Assembly: GCA_002453155.1 (NCBI GenBank)
Contig: DKGG01000039.1
Span: 3,714-67,713 of the forward strand
Source: Bdellovibrionaceae bacterium UBA6776
Lineage (GTDB): Bacteria; Bdellovibrionota; Bdellovibrionia; Bdellovibrionales; UBA1609
Length of the DNA stretch: 64,000 nt
Direction of reading: 5' to 3'
Of this stretch, positions 53,946-63,243 are shown piece by piece; positions within the stretch are counted from its first letter, which is position 1, and the number at the start of each line of letters is the position of its first letter. Made by a program: the position numbers and the translations under genes. The notes beneath the pieces were generated by a model. The model ran no database searches. It was not told the origin of the DNA and worked only from the letters and a program-made list of their open reading frames with translations.

Positions 53946-54674
53946 CTAAAGGTGAGATTCAATTAAACCTTGAGATTGTCGCAAAAGTCGAGAAGCTTCT
54001 TGATTTTCAGGGTCTTTCAACAAGACATTTTCCCACTGTTCCACGGCAGAGGCCACTTCGCCCTTTTCAAAATAGGCTCGACCCAATTGGATGCGAGCGC
54101 TTACAAATCCAGGATACTCGCGGACCAACTTTTCCAACTCATTGATGGCTTTGTGATCCTCTTCCATTTGGAAGTAGGTTTGAATCACCTTCATCGTCAA
54201 CTCGGGCTTTCGAGAGGAAAGCGCCAAGGAGCGATAGTATTGTTCAAGGGCTTCTTCAAACCGTGAATGTTGAGCATAAAGATCGCCAAGTTCATCGTGT
54301 TTGATGGAAAATTTCTCATTTAAGAAGGGGTCTTGATCCTTTGAAGACTTCTTAAGAGCTTTTTGAGCGTCTTCAAAAACTTGGCGGCCTTCTTCGTAAC
54401 GGCCCAAATCATTTAGGATGATTGAAAGTCCAACGCTGGCATCCGTAAAGGTCGGTTCAATTTCAAGGGCTCTTTTGAAAGCTTTGATGGCTTTATTAAA
54501 TTTTCCTTTGTCGTAATAGATGGTTCCCAACATGTGAAAAATTTCAGGATTTTTGGAACCCTTTAGGATCAATTGATTCAGAAGGGGTTCGGCCTGGTTA
54601 TATTTGTTCTCTTTAAAGAGTTCTCGTGCTGTGGCCAAAATTTCTCGTTGATTGTCGGTATCAAAGTTTTCCAT
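53946..54674 (-). CDS. TPR-repeat protein
   Basis: I prefer the ATG at 54674 (MENFDTDNQ...) over the tracked 54713. It has several 34-aa TPR-like repeats (YNQAEPLLNQLI, GKFNKAIKAFKRALEIEP, RYEEGRQVFEDAQ...). Confidence 0.65.
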   Translation of the reverse strand: MENFDTDNQREILATARELFKENKYNQAEPLLNQLILKGSKNPEIFHMLGTIYYDKGKFNKAIKAFKRALEIEPTFTDASVGLSIILNDLGRYEEGRQVFEDAQKALKKSSKDQDPFLNEKFSIKHDELGDLYAQHSRFEEALEQYYRSLALSSRKPELTMKVIQTYFQMEEDHKAINELEKLVREYPGFVSARIQLGRAYFEKGEVASAVEQWENVLLKDPENQEASRLLRQSQGLIESHL

Positions 54675-55398
54675 CAAAATCCCTTTTTGCTTTTTGGGCC
54701 TCGTCGGAGTCACCGTAATTTTGTACGAGATATTCGTAAAACTTCTTTGCTTTTGGAAATTCTTTGATCTGGTAGGCGGAGTCGGTGGCCTTGTATAAAG
54801 CTTCGCGGTCGTGTCCCAGTCCCGGATATTTTTTCAACAAGACCTCAAAACGTCCCAGTGCAGCTTCATAGTGGTCCCGGATGTAATAGAAGTTCGCAAT
54901 GTAGAACTCTTTGTCCGCAAGCATTTCTAAAGTGTCACGCTTTCCTTTTTTTGCTTTTTCCGCATATTCGCTGTTTGGATAGGTCGTGAGAACTTCATCA
55001 AAATAGACAATGGTTCGTTCCGCCAAACTCAAATCTCTATCAATAGAGGCAGGCAGTTGCTTGAAGTAACTCATGGCCAACTGATAAGTGGCATAATCAG
55101 CTTTGGGATGGTTGGGGTGAAGTTCTTTAAAGATTTGGTAAGCCGCTTGAGCTTCGGGATATTCCTCGCGTTCATAATGAATGTCCGCAATTTTAATTTT
55201 GGCTTCGGTCGCAAGCTTTGAATATGGGAACTTATTTTTTACGCGATTGAATTGAGCCAAAGCCTCTTCAAAACGGCTGCTTTTTTGGAATTTTTCACCC
55301 AACTGAAAAGCACCCTCAGGAGTGTTTGTGTCGTAGGAAGCGGTGCTTGAACAGGCCGTTAAAATAAGGCTCAAAGCCAAAATGACAAGGGGTTTCAT
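54661..55398 (-). CDS. bamD: Outer membrane protein assembly factor BamD (YfiO)
   Basis: It has the lipobox LILTACSS, TPR-like repeats, and the YIANFYYIRDHYEAALGRF pattern characteristic of BamD. Confidence 0.75.
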   Translation of the reverse strand: MKPLVILALSLILTACSSTASYDTNTPEGAFQLGEKFQKSSRFEEALAQFNRVKNKFPYSKLATEAKIKIADIHYEREEYPEAQAAYQIFKELHPNHPKADYATYQLAMSYFKQLPASIDRDLSLAERTIVYFDEVLTTYPNSEYAEKAKKGKRDTLEMLADKEFYIANFYYIRDHYEAALGRFEVLLKKYPGLGHDREALYKATDSAYQIKEFPKAKKFYEYLVQNYGDSDEAQKAKRDFDGKL

Positions 55399-55415
55399 GA
55401 CTTCAGAGTCTAGCT

Positions 55416-56471
55416 CTATATTCGGGATTCCGTCAAATGGCGGTAGACGGCTTCGAGGGTCACTTTGGCCGCGCTGGTCAGGGGAATGGAGATGATCATT
55501 CCCAGGATTCCCATAAACTGTGAACCGGCAATAATAACGATAATGACCGTCACGGGATGAAGGTTCACAATTTTTGCCACAAAGAATGGAATCAAAACAA
55601 AACCATCAATAAATTGAGCGATGGCATAAACTCCAAACACCAGAAACAAGTCAAAAGAACTTGAGCCATTGACCAGCGCAATCACCAGGGCGGGAATCAT
55701 TCCAATTAGAGGTCCGATATAAGGAATTAAGTTGGTGACCGCCGCAAACAGCGCCAAAAGCAAAGAAAAGGGGAAATCGATCAAGACCAAACCCAACCAG
55801 GTGACCAGTCCAACCAAAAGAGCTTCAAAAAGACGGGCTCGAACGAAAAAGCCCAATTGATGGTTGATTTGGTGCTGCAGGCTCAATGCCGTTTCAAAAA
55901 TGTGGTTGGGAATCAAATTGAAGGTTTGTCTTAAGATGGCGCGTCCATCTTTGACCATAAAAAAAGCCAAGAAAGGTCCGAGCATCATCACCGTAAAAGT
56001 TTGTTTGAGAAATCCGGGAAGGCGATTGAAGAACACCTCGGATCCTTGAGTGAGGGAGCTAACGGCATACTCTCTGAGGTCCAATGAAAGCAGGGGACCC
56101 GAAAATCCCTTGAGATGCTTTTCCAATTCTTCGATCAATTGAGACAAGCCTTCAATGTATTTGGGAGCTTCTTGCTGAAGGCCCAAAATTGCAGAAGAAA
56201 AAATGGGAAACACCAAAAAAGCAGTCAGACCAATGAGTCCTCCCACCAATGTAAAAGTCCAAAAAGTCGACCACATTCGACTGAATCCCCGCCGCTCTAG
56301 GTGATTGACGATGGGATTCAATAGGTACGAGATCACGAAAGCCACCAAGGTCGAAACCAAGAGGTTTTCGATCACAAAAACAGCTGTCAGTAAGAAAACC
56401 AAAAGCAAAAAGAACACAAACAGGCGAATGCGATTGAGCCTTCGAATTTGTCGGGTCAGCGTAAGCTTCAA
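55416..56471 (-). CDS. AI-2E family transporter (PerM/YhhT, UPF0118)
   Basis: 351 aa with about 8 TM segments. The C-terminal NLIPYIGPLIGMIPALVIAL...IAQFIDGFVLIPFFVAKIVNLHPV region is typical of the family. Confidence 0.85.
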   Translation of the reverse strand: MKLTLTRQIRRLNRIRLFVFFLLLVFLLTAVFVIENLLVSTLVAFVISYLLNPIVNHLERRGFSRMWSTFWTFTLVGGLIGLTAFLVFPIFSSAILGLQQEAPKYIEGLSQLIEELEKHLKGFSGPLLSLDLREYAVSSLTQGSEVFFNRLPGFLKQTFTVMMLGPFLAFFMVKDGRAILRQTFNLIPNHIFETALSLQHQINHQLGFFVRARLFEALLVGLVTWLGLVLIDFPFSLLLALFAAVTNLIPYIGPLIGMIPALVIALVNGSSSFDLFLVFGVYAIAQFIDGFVLIPFFVAKIVNLHPVTVIIVIIAGSQFMGILGMIISIPLTSAAKVTLEAVYRHLTESRI

Positions 56472-57007
56472 ACCTTGGTTCTCCCCGAATTTTTTAGGGT
56501 TTCAGCTCGAAGTTCTGTCAACTTCACGCTGGTCTGCTTCAGCCGCCGACCCAAAACCTCCGCCAATCGCAGCACAATTTTGCTGCCGGTTTGAGGCTGA
56601 CGGTCCAAGATTTCCAACAGGTCTGGTTTGAAAAATCCAATTAAAGAACTTTCCACTGAAGCTTTGGCAGTGGCTGTTCTTCGACCTTGTTTTTCGACCA
56701 AAGCCAACTCTCCAAAGAAATCTCCAGATTCAAGTTGAGTGACCAAGCGGGGTTCATCGCTCCCACTGGGGTCCGTCGCCATAACATCCACTTTTCCATT
56801 TAGGATGATATACATTCCGATTCCAAGCTCCCCTTGGGAAAAGACAATTTCGCCCGGAGCGTAATCGCGAACATGTATGGTTTGTATCACCAGTTGAAGC
56901 TCTCTTTTGGACAGGCTTCCAAAAATATGAGTTTGCTTCAAAGTTTCTAAGACCGACTTTTCCTTGGAATCACTGCGGAAAAGGTTGGCCCATGCAAAGT
57001 TATTCAT
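56468..57007 (-). CDS. Cyclic nucleotide-binding domain protein
   Basis: 179 aa single cNMP-binding beta-barrel. It has GEIVFSQGELGIGMYIILNGKV and FFGELALVEKQGRRTATAKA (FGE...R-T/S-A phosphate-binding cassette). It overlaps the downstream permease by 4 nt. Confidence 0.75.
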   Translation of the reverse strand: MNNFAWANLFRSDSKEKSVLETLKQTHIFGSLSKRELQLVIQTIHVRDYAPGEIVFSQGELGIGMYIILNGKVDVMATDPSGSDEPRLVTQLESGDFFGELALVEKQGRRTATAKASVESSLIGFFKPDLLEILDRQPQTGSKIVLRLAEVLGRRLKQTSVKLTELRAETLKNSGRTKV

Positions 57008-57788
57008 TCGGGGCTCCGGGATAAGTTAAAATTTGATGGGATTTGACCCAGCCACTCTGGCCGCTGTGATTTGTCACTTGAACCCAATTTTCCTGAGTTC
57101 GAAGAACCTGATACTCAGAACCTTGATTGAGCTTTCCGATTTCAAATCCGTCTTCGCTGGGAGTGCTCATCAATGGAGTGTCCATGACAGCCACGGAGGC
57201 AAACTTTTCGGTTTCAAGAAAGAGTCTCCAGCTCCAAAGACCGGCGCTAAAAATCGCAACGGCAAGAAAGGTGAGGGTGGGCCAGGTCAATTTGGGTGGA
57301 GCTTCCATGGCTTCTCGAGCCCACTTTCTTTTGACCAAAAAGCGAATCCAAAAATGAAAGAAACTCGTGAGAGACAAGAGGAGTAGGGCCAGCAAAATTG
57401 TCGTGCTTAAGCCCGCGATAAAGGGTCGAATCCAGCGGTGATAAGCTCCGGATACTCCTCCGCTCGGAGTGTAAGAAGTGCGCAGTTTGCCTTCCAAAAC
57501 AGAAAGTCCCTCAAGTTGAGGGTTTAGACCCCTTGCCTTGTAAAAATGAGCCCAACTTTCGGGCCAATTTTTTTGGCGCGCCATCAGAATGGAAAGATTG
57601 TAATGAGCCTTAGCGTCATTTGGGTTCTGGGCGAGGTATTTAAGAAAGGATTCTTTGGCCTCATCCAATTGACCTTGGGAATAAGCCTGGGCACCAGCAT
57701 AAAAAAGATCTTGGCTGGGCTCGGCGGAAAGGGCCTGCAAGGAGTGGAGCGCAACGCAAAAAATAAGGGCTTTGATCCAAGTTTTCAC
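57000..57788 (-). CDS. TPR plus transmembrane plus SH3b-domain protein (BatE-like architecture)
   Basis: It has a signal peptide, TPR repeats (AKESFLKYLAQNPNDAKAHYNLSILM), two TM segments, and a C-terminal SH3-like GSEYQVLRTQENWVQVTNHSGQSGWV. Confidence 0.6.
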   Translation of the reverse strand: MKTWIKALIFCVALHSLQALSAEPSQDLFYAGAQAYSQGQLDEAKESFLKYLAQNPNDAKAHYNLSILMARQKNWPESWAHFYKARGLNPQLEGLSVLEGKLRTSYTPSGGVSGAYHRWIRPFIAGLSTTILLALLLLSLTSFFHFWIRFLVKRKWAREAMEAPPKLTWPTLTFLAVAIFSAGLWSWRLFLETEKFASVAVMDTPLMSTPSEDGFEIGKLNQGSEYQVLRTQENWVQVTNHSGQSGWVKSHQILTYPGAPNE

Positions 57789-57928
57789 AGATCTTCAATC
57801 TTAAATGTGAGGGGCCAGGATGTCCAGAAAGCAGCTTCAGCAATTCTCGATTAGGGTTCCCGCGCTATCTGCATTGGGTCGTTGTCTCCTCTAAAGTCCC
57901 TAAGTAGAATGCCGCAAAAGGGGTAATT

Positions 57929-59308
57929 ATGTCTGAAACAGTTGGTTCAAAAAATCGTCATTCTACAAAATTCTTAGGTTTGGTTGAGAGTCTTACAACC
58001 GAATTGCTGGCGGCCGGAGATCATCTCCAGGGAATTCAGCCTCCGAAGCCAGAGTTTCAAGGAGATTTTCAAAGTTCCTTAAAGGACATCGCCAAATTTC
58101 GTGGTCGTCCTCTTTTTTACGACTACATTGGAACAGGTGTTGGAAATGGTCCCTATGTAGAACTTGAAGATGGAAGTGTAAAGTTGGATTTGATCAACGG
58201 GATTGGAGTTCACATTATGGGTCACTCCCATCCGGTCGCAGTCAAAGGAGCAATTCAGGGGGCGGCTTCAGACATTGTGATGCAGGGGAATCTTCAGCCC
58301 AACGAAGAATATTTGGAAATTCAAAAGGTATTGAGTGATTTGGCCGGCCGAAACTCACGTCTTCAACATGTGTGGTTGGCCACCTGTGGAACAATTGCCA
58401 ACGAAAACGCACTGAAGATTTGTCGTCAAAAGCGAAATGGTGCTCGCATGATTGTGGCGTTTTCCGATGCCTTTGCCGGCCGCTCCACTTTGATGACCGA
58501 AATCACTGACAACCCTGCGTACAAAGTTGGACAGCCCAGTTACAACGAAGTTCTTCGGTTGCCATTTTTTAGCCACAAAGAACCTGGTGGAAAAGACAAA
58601 GCCCTTGCGATTTTAAAGGAACATTATGCAAAGCATGGAGACAACATCGGTTGTTTTAGTTTTGAGCCCATGCAAGGCGAAGGTGGGTACAAATATCCAT
58701 CTCGAGATTTTTTACTTCCTCTTCTTGAGTTTTGTCGAGAGAAAGGAATTCCTGTTTGGGCCGACGAGGTTCAAACTTTTTGCAGAACGGGTCAGTTCTT
58801 TGCTTTTGAGACTTTTGACATTGGTGACTTTATTGATGTTTGTACCATCGCAAAGACGGCGCAAAATGGAGCCACTCTCTTTACTCCTGATATGAATCCC
58901 AATCCTGGCCTTCTGGGTGGGACTTTTTCCGGATCCAGTTCTTCTTTGCGCGCGGGCGTGGAAATTTTGAAGGAGTTGGATCAAGGGCAATACATGGGGC
59001 CACAGGGGAAAATTCAAAAAATACACAACAACGTTTTGAAAATGCTCAGGGACCTTTCAGAAGGTTCGTGCAAGGGCAAATTGAATGATCCGGACGGTTT
59101 GGGTCTAATGGTTGCATTTACTCCTGGCGATGGATCCAAAGAAACTCAATTGAAAATTGTTAAGAAACTTTATGAGAACGGTTTGATGTGTTTTGGATGC
59201 GGTCATGATCCCTATCGCATTCGGTTTTTGATTCCTGCAATTTTAAATGAAGAGCACATTGAAGTTGCAAAAGGGGTCTTGGAAAAAACTCTCGTGGAGA
59301 ACATTTGA
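57929..59308 (+). CDS. Class-III PLP-dependent aminotransferase (AstC / lysine-6-aminotransferase-like subgroup)
   Basis: 459 aa. It has GTIANENALK, AFAGRS, EPMQGEGGY and ADEVQTFCRTG, with a putative PLP-Lys in CTIAKTAQ. It is longer than canonical AstC/ArgD. Confidence 0.85.
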   Translation: MSETVGSKNRHSTKFLGLVESLTTELLAAGDHLQGIQPPKPEFQGDFQSSLKDIAKFRGRPLFYDYIGTGVGNGPYVELEDGSVKLDLINGIGVHIMGHSHPVAVKGAIQGAASDIVMQGNLQPNEEYLEIQKVLSDLAGRNSRLQHVWLATCGTIANENALKICRQKRNGARMIVAFSDAFAGRSTLMTEITDNPAYKVGQPSYNEVLRLPFFSHKEPGGKDKALAILKEHYAKHGDNIGCFSFEPMQGEGGYKYPSRDFLLPLLEFCREKGIPVWADEVQTFCRTGQFFAFETFDIGDFIDVCTIAKTAQNGATLFTPDMNPNPGLLGGTFSGSSSSLRAGVEILKELDQGQYMGPQGKIQKIHNNVLKMLRDLSEGSCKGKLNDPDGLGLMVAFTPGDGSKETQLKIVKKLYENGLMCFGCGHDPYRIRFLIPAILNEEHIEVAKGVLEKTLVENI

Positions 59309-60636
59309 GTTTTATAGAAGATTGTCGACAGATCATTGGACTTGATAGCACTCCTGGTCAGGGGTGCTTGTCCGTTGCCGAAAAGCTGAGGAGTTTTGCC
59401 GAAGAGGCAGGATTCCATTGTGACTTTTACGGAGAAAATCAGCAGGGCTTGCCTCAAGCCAACCTGTTAATACGTCCCAAATCTTCGAATCGAAAAAAAG
59501 AGCTTCTCTTGCAAACTCACATGGATACCGTGGAGCCTGGAAACTATGGCTCCTGGACACGCACCCAAGCCAATCCCTTTCAAGTGAATGTCTATGGAGA
59601 CGAAATGTACGGTTTGGGGGTTGCGGATGTAAAGTTGGACTTTATGTGTAAGCTTGAAGCAGCTAAAAGTTTTGCTCACGAGAAAAATTTTAAATCCCCT
59701 TTTGTTTTGGCGGCCACCTATGGGGCGCAAACCGGAATGAATGGGGCCATTCGATTGATGAGAAAAAAACTGATTGATGCAGACAGAGCCTTGATTGGAG
59801 AGCCTACGGGCCTAAAAGTCTGCGCCTCTGGAATGGGGCTTGCCACCGTAGATATTTTTGTTCCCTTTGGGGACCAAGAGCGCGCTTATCGAGAGTCCCA
59901 TGATTTGATGGAATCCAGCTCGACCCAATCCAAACTTTTTCACGGAAAAGCGGCTCACTCGTCCAATCCAGATTCCGGTGAGAACGCAATTTTTAAAGCC
60001 CTCGATTACTTAGAACAGTTGCCGACCGGACTTGCGATTATGGATTTTGATGGGGGAATCAATGACAACTCGGTTCCTCCACAAGCATTTTTAGAAGTGG
60101 ATTTTGTGGGAGACTTGAAAGCTCCTACGGCACAAAAACTCATACGGATTCACAAAGTGATTGGTCAGTTGCGAGAAAAAATGAGAGAGGAACGCGACCA
60201 TCGCTTTGAACCGAATCATTCTACTTTAAATTTGGGAACCATACGAACCACATCTGATGGTGTTTACATTTCTGGAAGTTGTCGAATCCCTCCAAGTGTG
60301 GACGATGGGGTTTACCGATCTTGGATGAATGAGATGGGTCAAGTTTGCGCCGAAGTGGGTGGAAGATTTTCCGTACGAGACTACCGTCGTGGATTTGATT
60401 CATCGAAGTCAGATTTTGCCAAAGAGGTTTGTGATCTTGCAGGTATGAAAGCTCCACTTGCGATTCCAACAACCACGGAAGCAAGCGTGTTTTCTAAAAT
60501 GGGAATTGCCTGTGTGGTTTATGGGGCCGGCGAGAGTTTAGGAAACTCTCATCAGCCCAACGAAATGGTTCGAGTTTCCGAGTTGAATCGAAGCATTGAG
60601 TTTTATCGATCTTGTATTGAAAGGTTTTGTTTATGA
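59305..60636 (+). CDS. M20-family metallo-deacylase (ArgE/DapE-like)
   Basis: LLLQTHMDTVEPG and MYGLGVADVKLDF match the ArgE/DapE metal-binding motifs (HxDTV, GxxDxK). The TTG start overlaps the upstream stop (TTGA). Confidence 0.8.
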   Translation: MSFIEDCRQIIGLDSTPGQGCLSVAEKLRSFAEEAGFHCDFYGENQQGLPQANLLIRPKSSNRKKELLLQTHMDTVEPGNYGSWTRTQANPFQVNVYGDEMYGLGVADVKLDFMCKLEAAKSFAHEKNFKSPFVLAATYGAQTGMNGAIRLMRKKLIDADRALIGEPTGLKVCASGMGLATVDIFVPFGDQERAYRESHDLMESSSTQSKLFHGKAAHSSNPDSGENAIFKALDYLEQLPTGLAIMDFDGGINDNSVPPQAFLEVDFVGDLKAPTAQKLIRIHKVIGQLREKMREERDHRFEPNHSTLNLGTIRTTSDGVYISGSCRIPPSVDDGVYRSWMNEMGQVCAEVGGRFSVRDYRRGFDSSKSDFAKEVCDLAGMKAPLAIPTTTEASVFSKMGIACVVYGAGESLGNSHQPNEMVRVSELNRSIEFYRSCIERFCL

Positions 60637-61664
60637 ACTTTGTGGTCCGCAGTGCTCGTAGGGAAGATTTGTCTCAGCTTTTTGATTTGGCCAGACAGTT
60701 TACGCTGTTAAATTTGCCCGCAGAAAAACGGTTGATCGAATCGAAGCTCGAAAAGTCTTTGGCCTCTTTTGCAGGTGAGCTGGATAAAGATCAGGCGGAA
60801 TATCTTTTTGTTTTGGAAGATTTGGAAACGAAGTTCATCGCAGGAAGTTCCATGATCCTGGCTAAAAGTGGAACCAGGGATTCGGCGAATTTCAGCTTTG
60901 AAGTTTTGAAAAGAGAAAGATTTTCTCGAGAATTGGGAATTGGATTTATTCACCAGATCCTTCGATTGAAATCGAATACGGATGGTCCCACGGAAGTGGG
61001 AGGTCTCATCGTTGATCGTGGTTATCGCCGACGGCCCGAAAAAGTGGGTCGAATGATCAGTTTGTCTCGATTTTTATATATTGGTTTGCATTTGGATCGT
61101 TTTGAAAAAGACCTGCACGCTGAGATGGCACCGCCCTTGACCGAAGAAGGTCGAAGTGAGTTTTGGGAATCCTTGGGGCGGCGATTTACGGGAATGCCTT
61201 ACCATGAAGCGGACATGCTCAGCAGCACCAACAATGACTTTATTCGCAGCCTTTTTCCCGAAGAAGACATCTACCTGTGTCTCTTGGATTCCAAAGCCAG
61301 ACTTGTTTTGGGCCAAGTTGGGGAAGAAACCCAGGCAGCGATGCATTTGTTAAAAAAATTGGGATTTAAATACAAAAACGAAGTGGATCCTTTTGATGGA
61401 GGTCCTCACTTTGGATGTCCTGCCAAAGAGTGCTCATTGGTCAAAAATGTAAAGAAGATGAAGTGGGGCGGAGAAGCTTCAAAAGGATACCCTTTATCGG
61501 GTTTGGTTGGAGTGGAGCGAGATTCGGAATTTGAATCCGTTTGGGCTTCATTTGCTGTTAAAAAAGACAAAATATTTTTTCCTAAAAAGGTTTCGGAAAT
61601 TTTAGGGTTGGAAGACGGTGAAAAAGTCGCGGTTACAAACTATCAACCCATTGATAAAGAATAA
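60633..61664 (+). CDS. astA: Arginine/ornithine N-succinyltransferase
   Basis: The ATG at 60633 overlaps the upstream stop (ATGA). By my recall it aligns along its length with E. coli AstA (VVRSARREDLSQL, YLFVLEDLET, SEFWESLGRRF, VDPFDGGPHF). Confidence 0.8.
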   Translation: MNFVVRSARREDLSQLFDLARQFTLLNLPAEKRLIESKLEKSLASFAGELDKDQAEYLFVLEDLETKFIAGSSMILAKSGTRDSANFSFEVLKRERFSRELGIGFIHQILRLKSNTDGPTEVGGLIVDRGYRRRPEKVGRMISLSRFLYIGLHLDRFEKDLHAEMAPPLTEEGRSEFWESLGRRFTGMPYHEADMLSSTNNDFIRSLFPEEDIYLCLLDSKARLVLGQVGEETQAAMHLLKKLGFKYKNEVDPFDGGPHFGCPAKECSLVKNVKKMKWGGEASKGYPLSGLVGVERDSEFESVWASFAVKKDKIFFPKKVSEILGLEDGEKVAVTNYQPIDKE

Positions 61665-61742
61665 TGGACCAGGTTGGACCTTCTGGTCTCCTGATCGATT
61701 GAAAAATATGTTAATTTGGTTGCGGACAAAAAGGGAGTTGTT

Positions 61743-63242
61743 ATGAAGACCATAAAGTTCAAGGGAGATTACATCGGGTCCGAGTTTATTCGACCGGAAT
61801 CTGGTGAGGAAAGTTGGGAAGTCCACTCTCCGGCGGATTTAAGTGATCTGGTTTTTGAACCTGAAGCCTTCTTTTCTCATGTGGACAAAGCTGTGGAATC
61901 TGCAAATAACGCCTACAAGGCGTGGCGTGCAACCACCCTTGAAGAACGAAAAAATCATCTTTTAAAGTTGAAGGAGGTTTTTCAAAAGCATGCGGATGAA
62001 ATGGCCGAAATTATCAGCCGCGAAACAGGAAAGCCCCTTTGGGAAGCGAAGACCGAAAGTGCAGCACTGTCGGCTAAGATTGATGTGACTATTGGACACT
62101 CCTTAAAACACATCGAAGGTGAATTTTTGAAAGATGCACTTCCTGGTGTGGATGGAGTGGTGCGTTTCAAATCTCGCGGAGTCTTTGCGGTCCTAGGGCC
62201 CTTTAATTTCCCGGCCCATTTGGCAAATGGTCATATCATTCCTGCACTGCTTACTGGAAACACCGTCATTTTTAAGCCTTCAGAGAAGACCCCAGCCGTG
62301 GGTCAATTCTACGCGGAAATGATTCATGAAGCCGGATTTCCCAAAGGTGTTTTCAACCTTCTTCAAGGAAAAGCAGAAACGGGCAAACGCCTGACCACAC
62401 ATGATGGCATCGATGGCATCTTGTTCACTGGATCTTACGAAGTGGGATTGAAAATCAAACAAGACACCATTTCCCACTTTTGGAAAATGCTGGCTTTAGA
62501 GATGGGTGGAAAGAATGCCACAATTGTTTGGGAGGATGCTCTTTTAGACAAGGCACTCTATGAAACTTTAATTGGATGTTTTTTGACTTCCGGTCAGCGG
62601 TGTTCATGCACCAGTCGAGTGATCTTGCACTCCAAAATCTACGATCAGTTCTTGGAGCGTTTTTATCAAAATGCAAAAAAGATCAAAATTGGTCATTGGA
62701 AGGAAGATGTTTTTATGGGGCCACTGATCAGCGCCGAGGCGGTTGAAAAGTACATTCGATTCCAAGAAATTGCCAAGCGTGAGGGTGCGGAATCTATCAT
62801 GAGAGGAAAAAGCCTAGATCTTCCTCATAAAGGCCACTATGTCACTCCAAGTATCAATGCTGTCGGAAAATTTGATCCGAAGTCGGTTTACCAAAAGAGT
62901 GAAATTTTTGGTCCAAATGTTTCTGTTTTTAAGGTGGATGATTTTGAAGAGGCTATGGTGATCAACAACTCCACAGGATTTGGATTGGTTACGGCATTGT
63001 TCTCTAAAAATAAAAGCCTTTATGAGAAGACTTTGATGGAAGCTAAAGTTGGTTTGGTGAATTGGAATCGAACGACCAATGGAGCCAGCTCCAAGTTGCC
63101 GTTTGGTGGAATGGGCAAATCTGGAAATGATCGACCTTCGGGAGATTTCGCCATTCAATACTGCACGGTTCCGGTTTCCAGTCTTGAAGATTACAATGAG
63201 TCTCTTCCCGAGAAGCTGATGCCAGGACTTGATTTTCAGTAA
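61743..63242 (+). CDS. astD: N-succinylglutamate 5-semialdehyde dehydrogenase
   Basis: The ATG at 61743 follows AAAAAGGGAG. It has ALDH motifs FNFPAHLANGHIIPALLTGNTVIFKPSE, LALEMGGKN and GQRCSC, and an AstD-specific C-terminus VNWNRTTNGASSKLPFGGMGKSGNDRPSG. Confidence 0.9.
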   Translation: MKTIKFKGDYIGSEFIRPESGEESWEVHSPADLSDLVFEPEAFFSHVDKAVESANNAYKAWRATTLEERKNHLLKLKEVFQKHADEMAEIISRETGKPLWEAKTESAALSAKIDVTIGHSLKHIEGEFLKDALPGVDGVVRFKSRGVFAVLGPFNFPAHLANGHIIPALLTGNTVIFKPSEKTPAVGQFYAEMIHEAGFPKGVFNLLQGKAETGKRLTTHDGIDGILFTGSYEVGLKIKQDTISHFWKMLALEMGGKNATIVWEDALLDKALYETLIGCFLTSGQRCSCTSRVILHSKIYDQFLERFYQNAKKIKIGHWKEDVFMGPLISAEAVEKYIRFQEIAKREGAESIMRGKSLDLPHKGHYVTPSINAVGKFDPKSVYQKSEIFGPNVSVFKVDDFEEAMVINNSTGFGLVTALFSKNKSLYEKTLMEAKVGLVNWNRTTNGASSKLPFGGMGKSGNDRPSGDFAIQYCTVPVSSLEDYNESLPEKLMPGLDFQ

Positions 63243-63243
63243 G

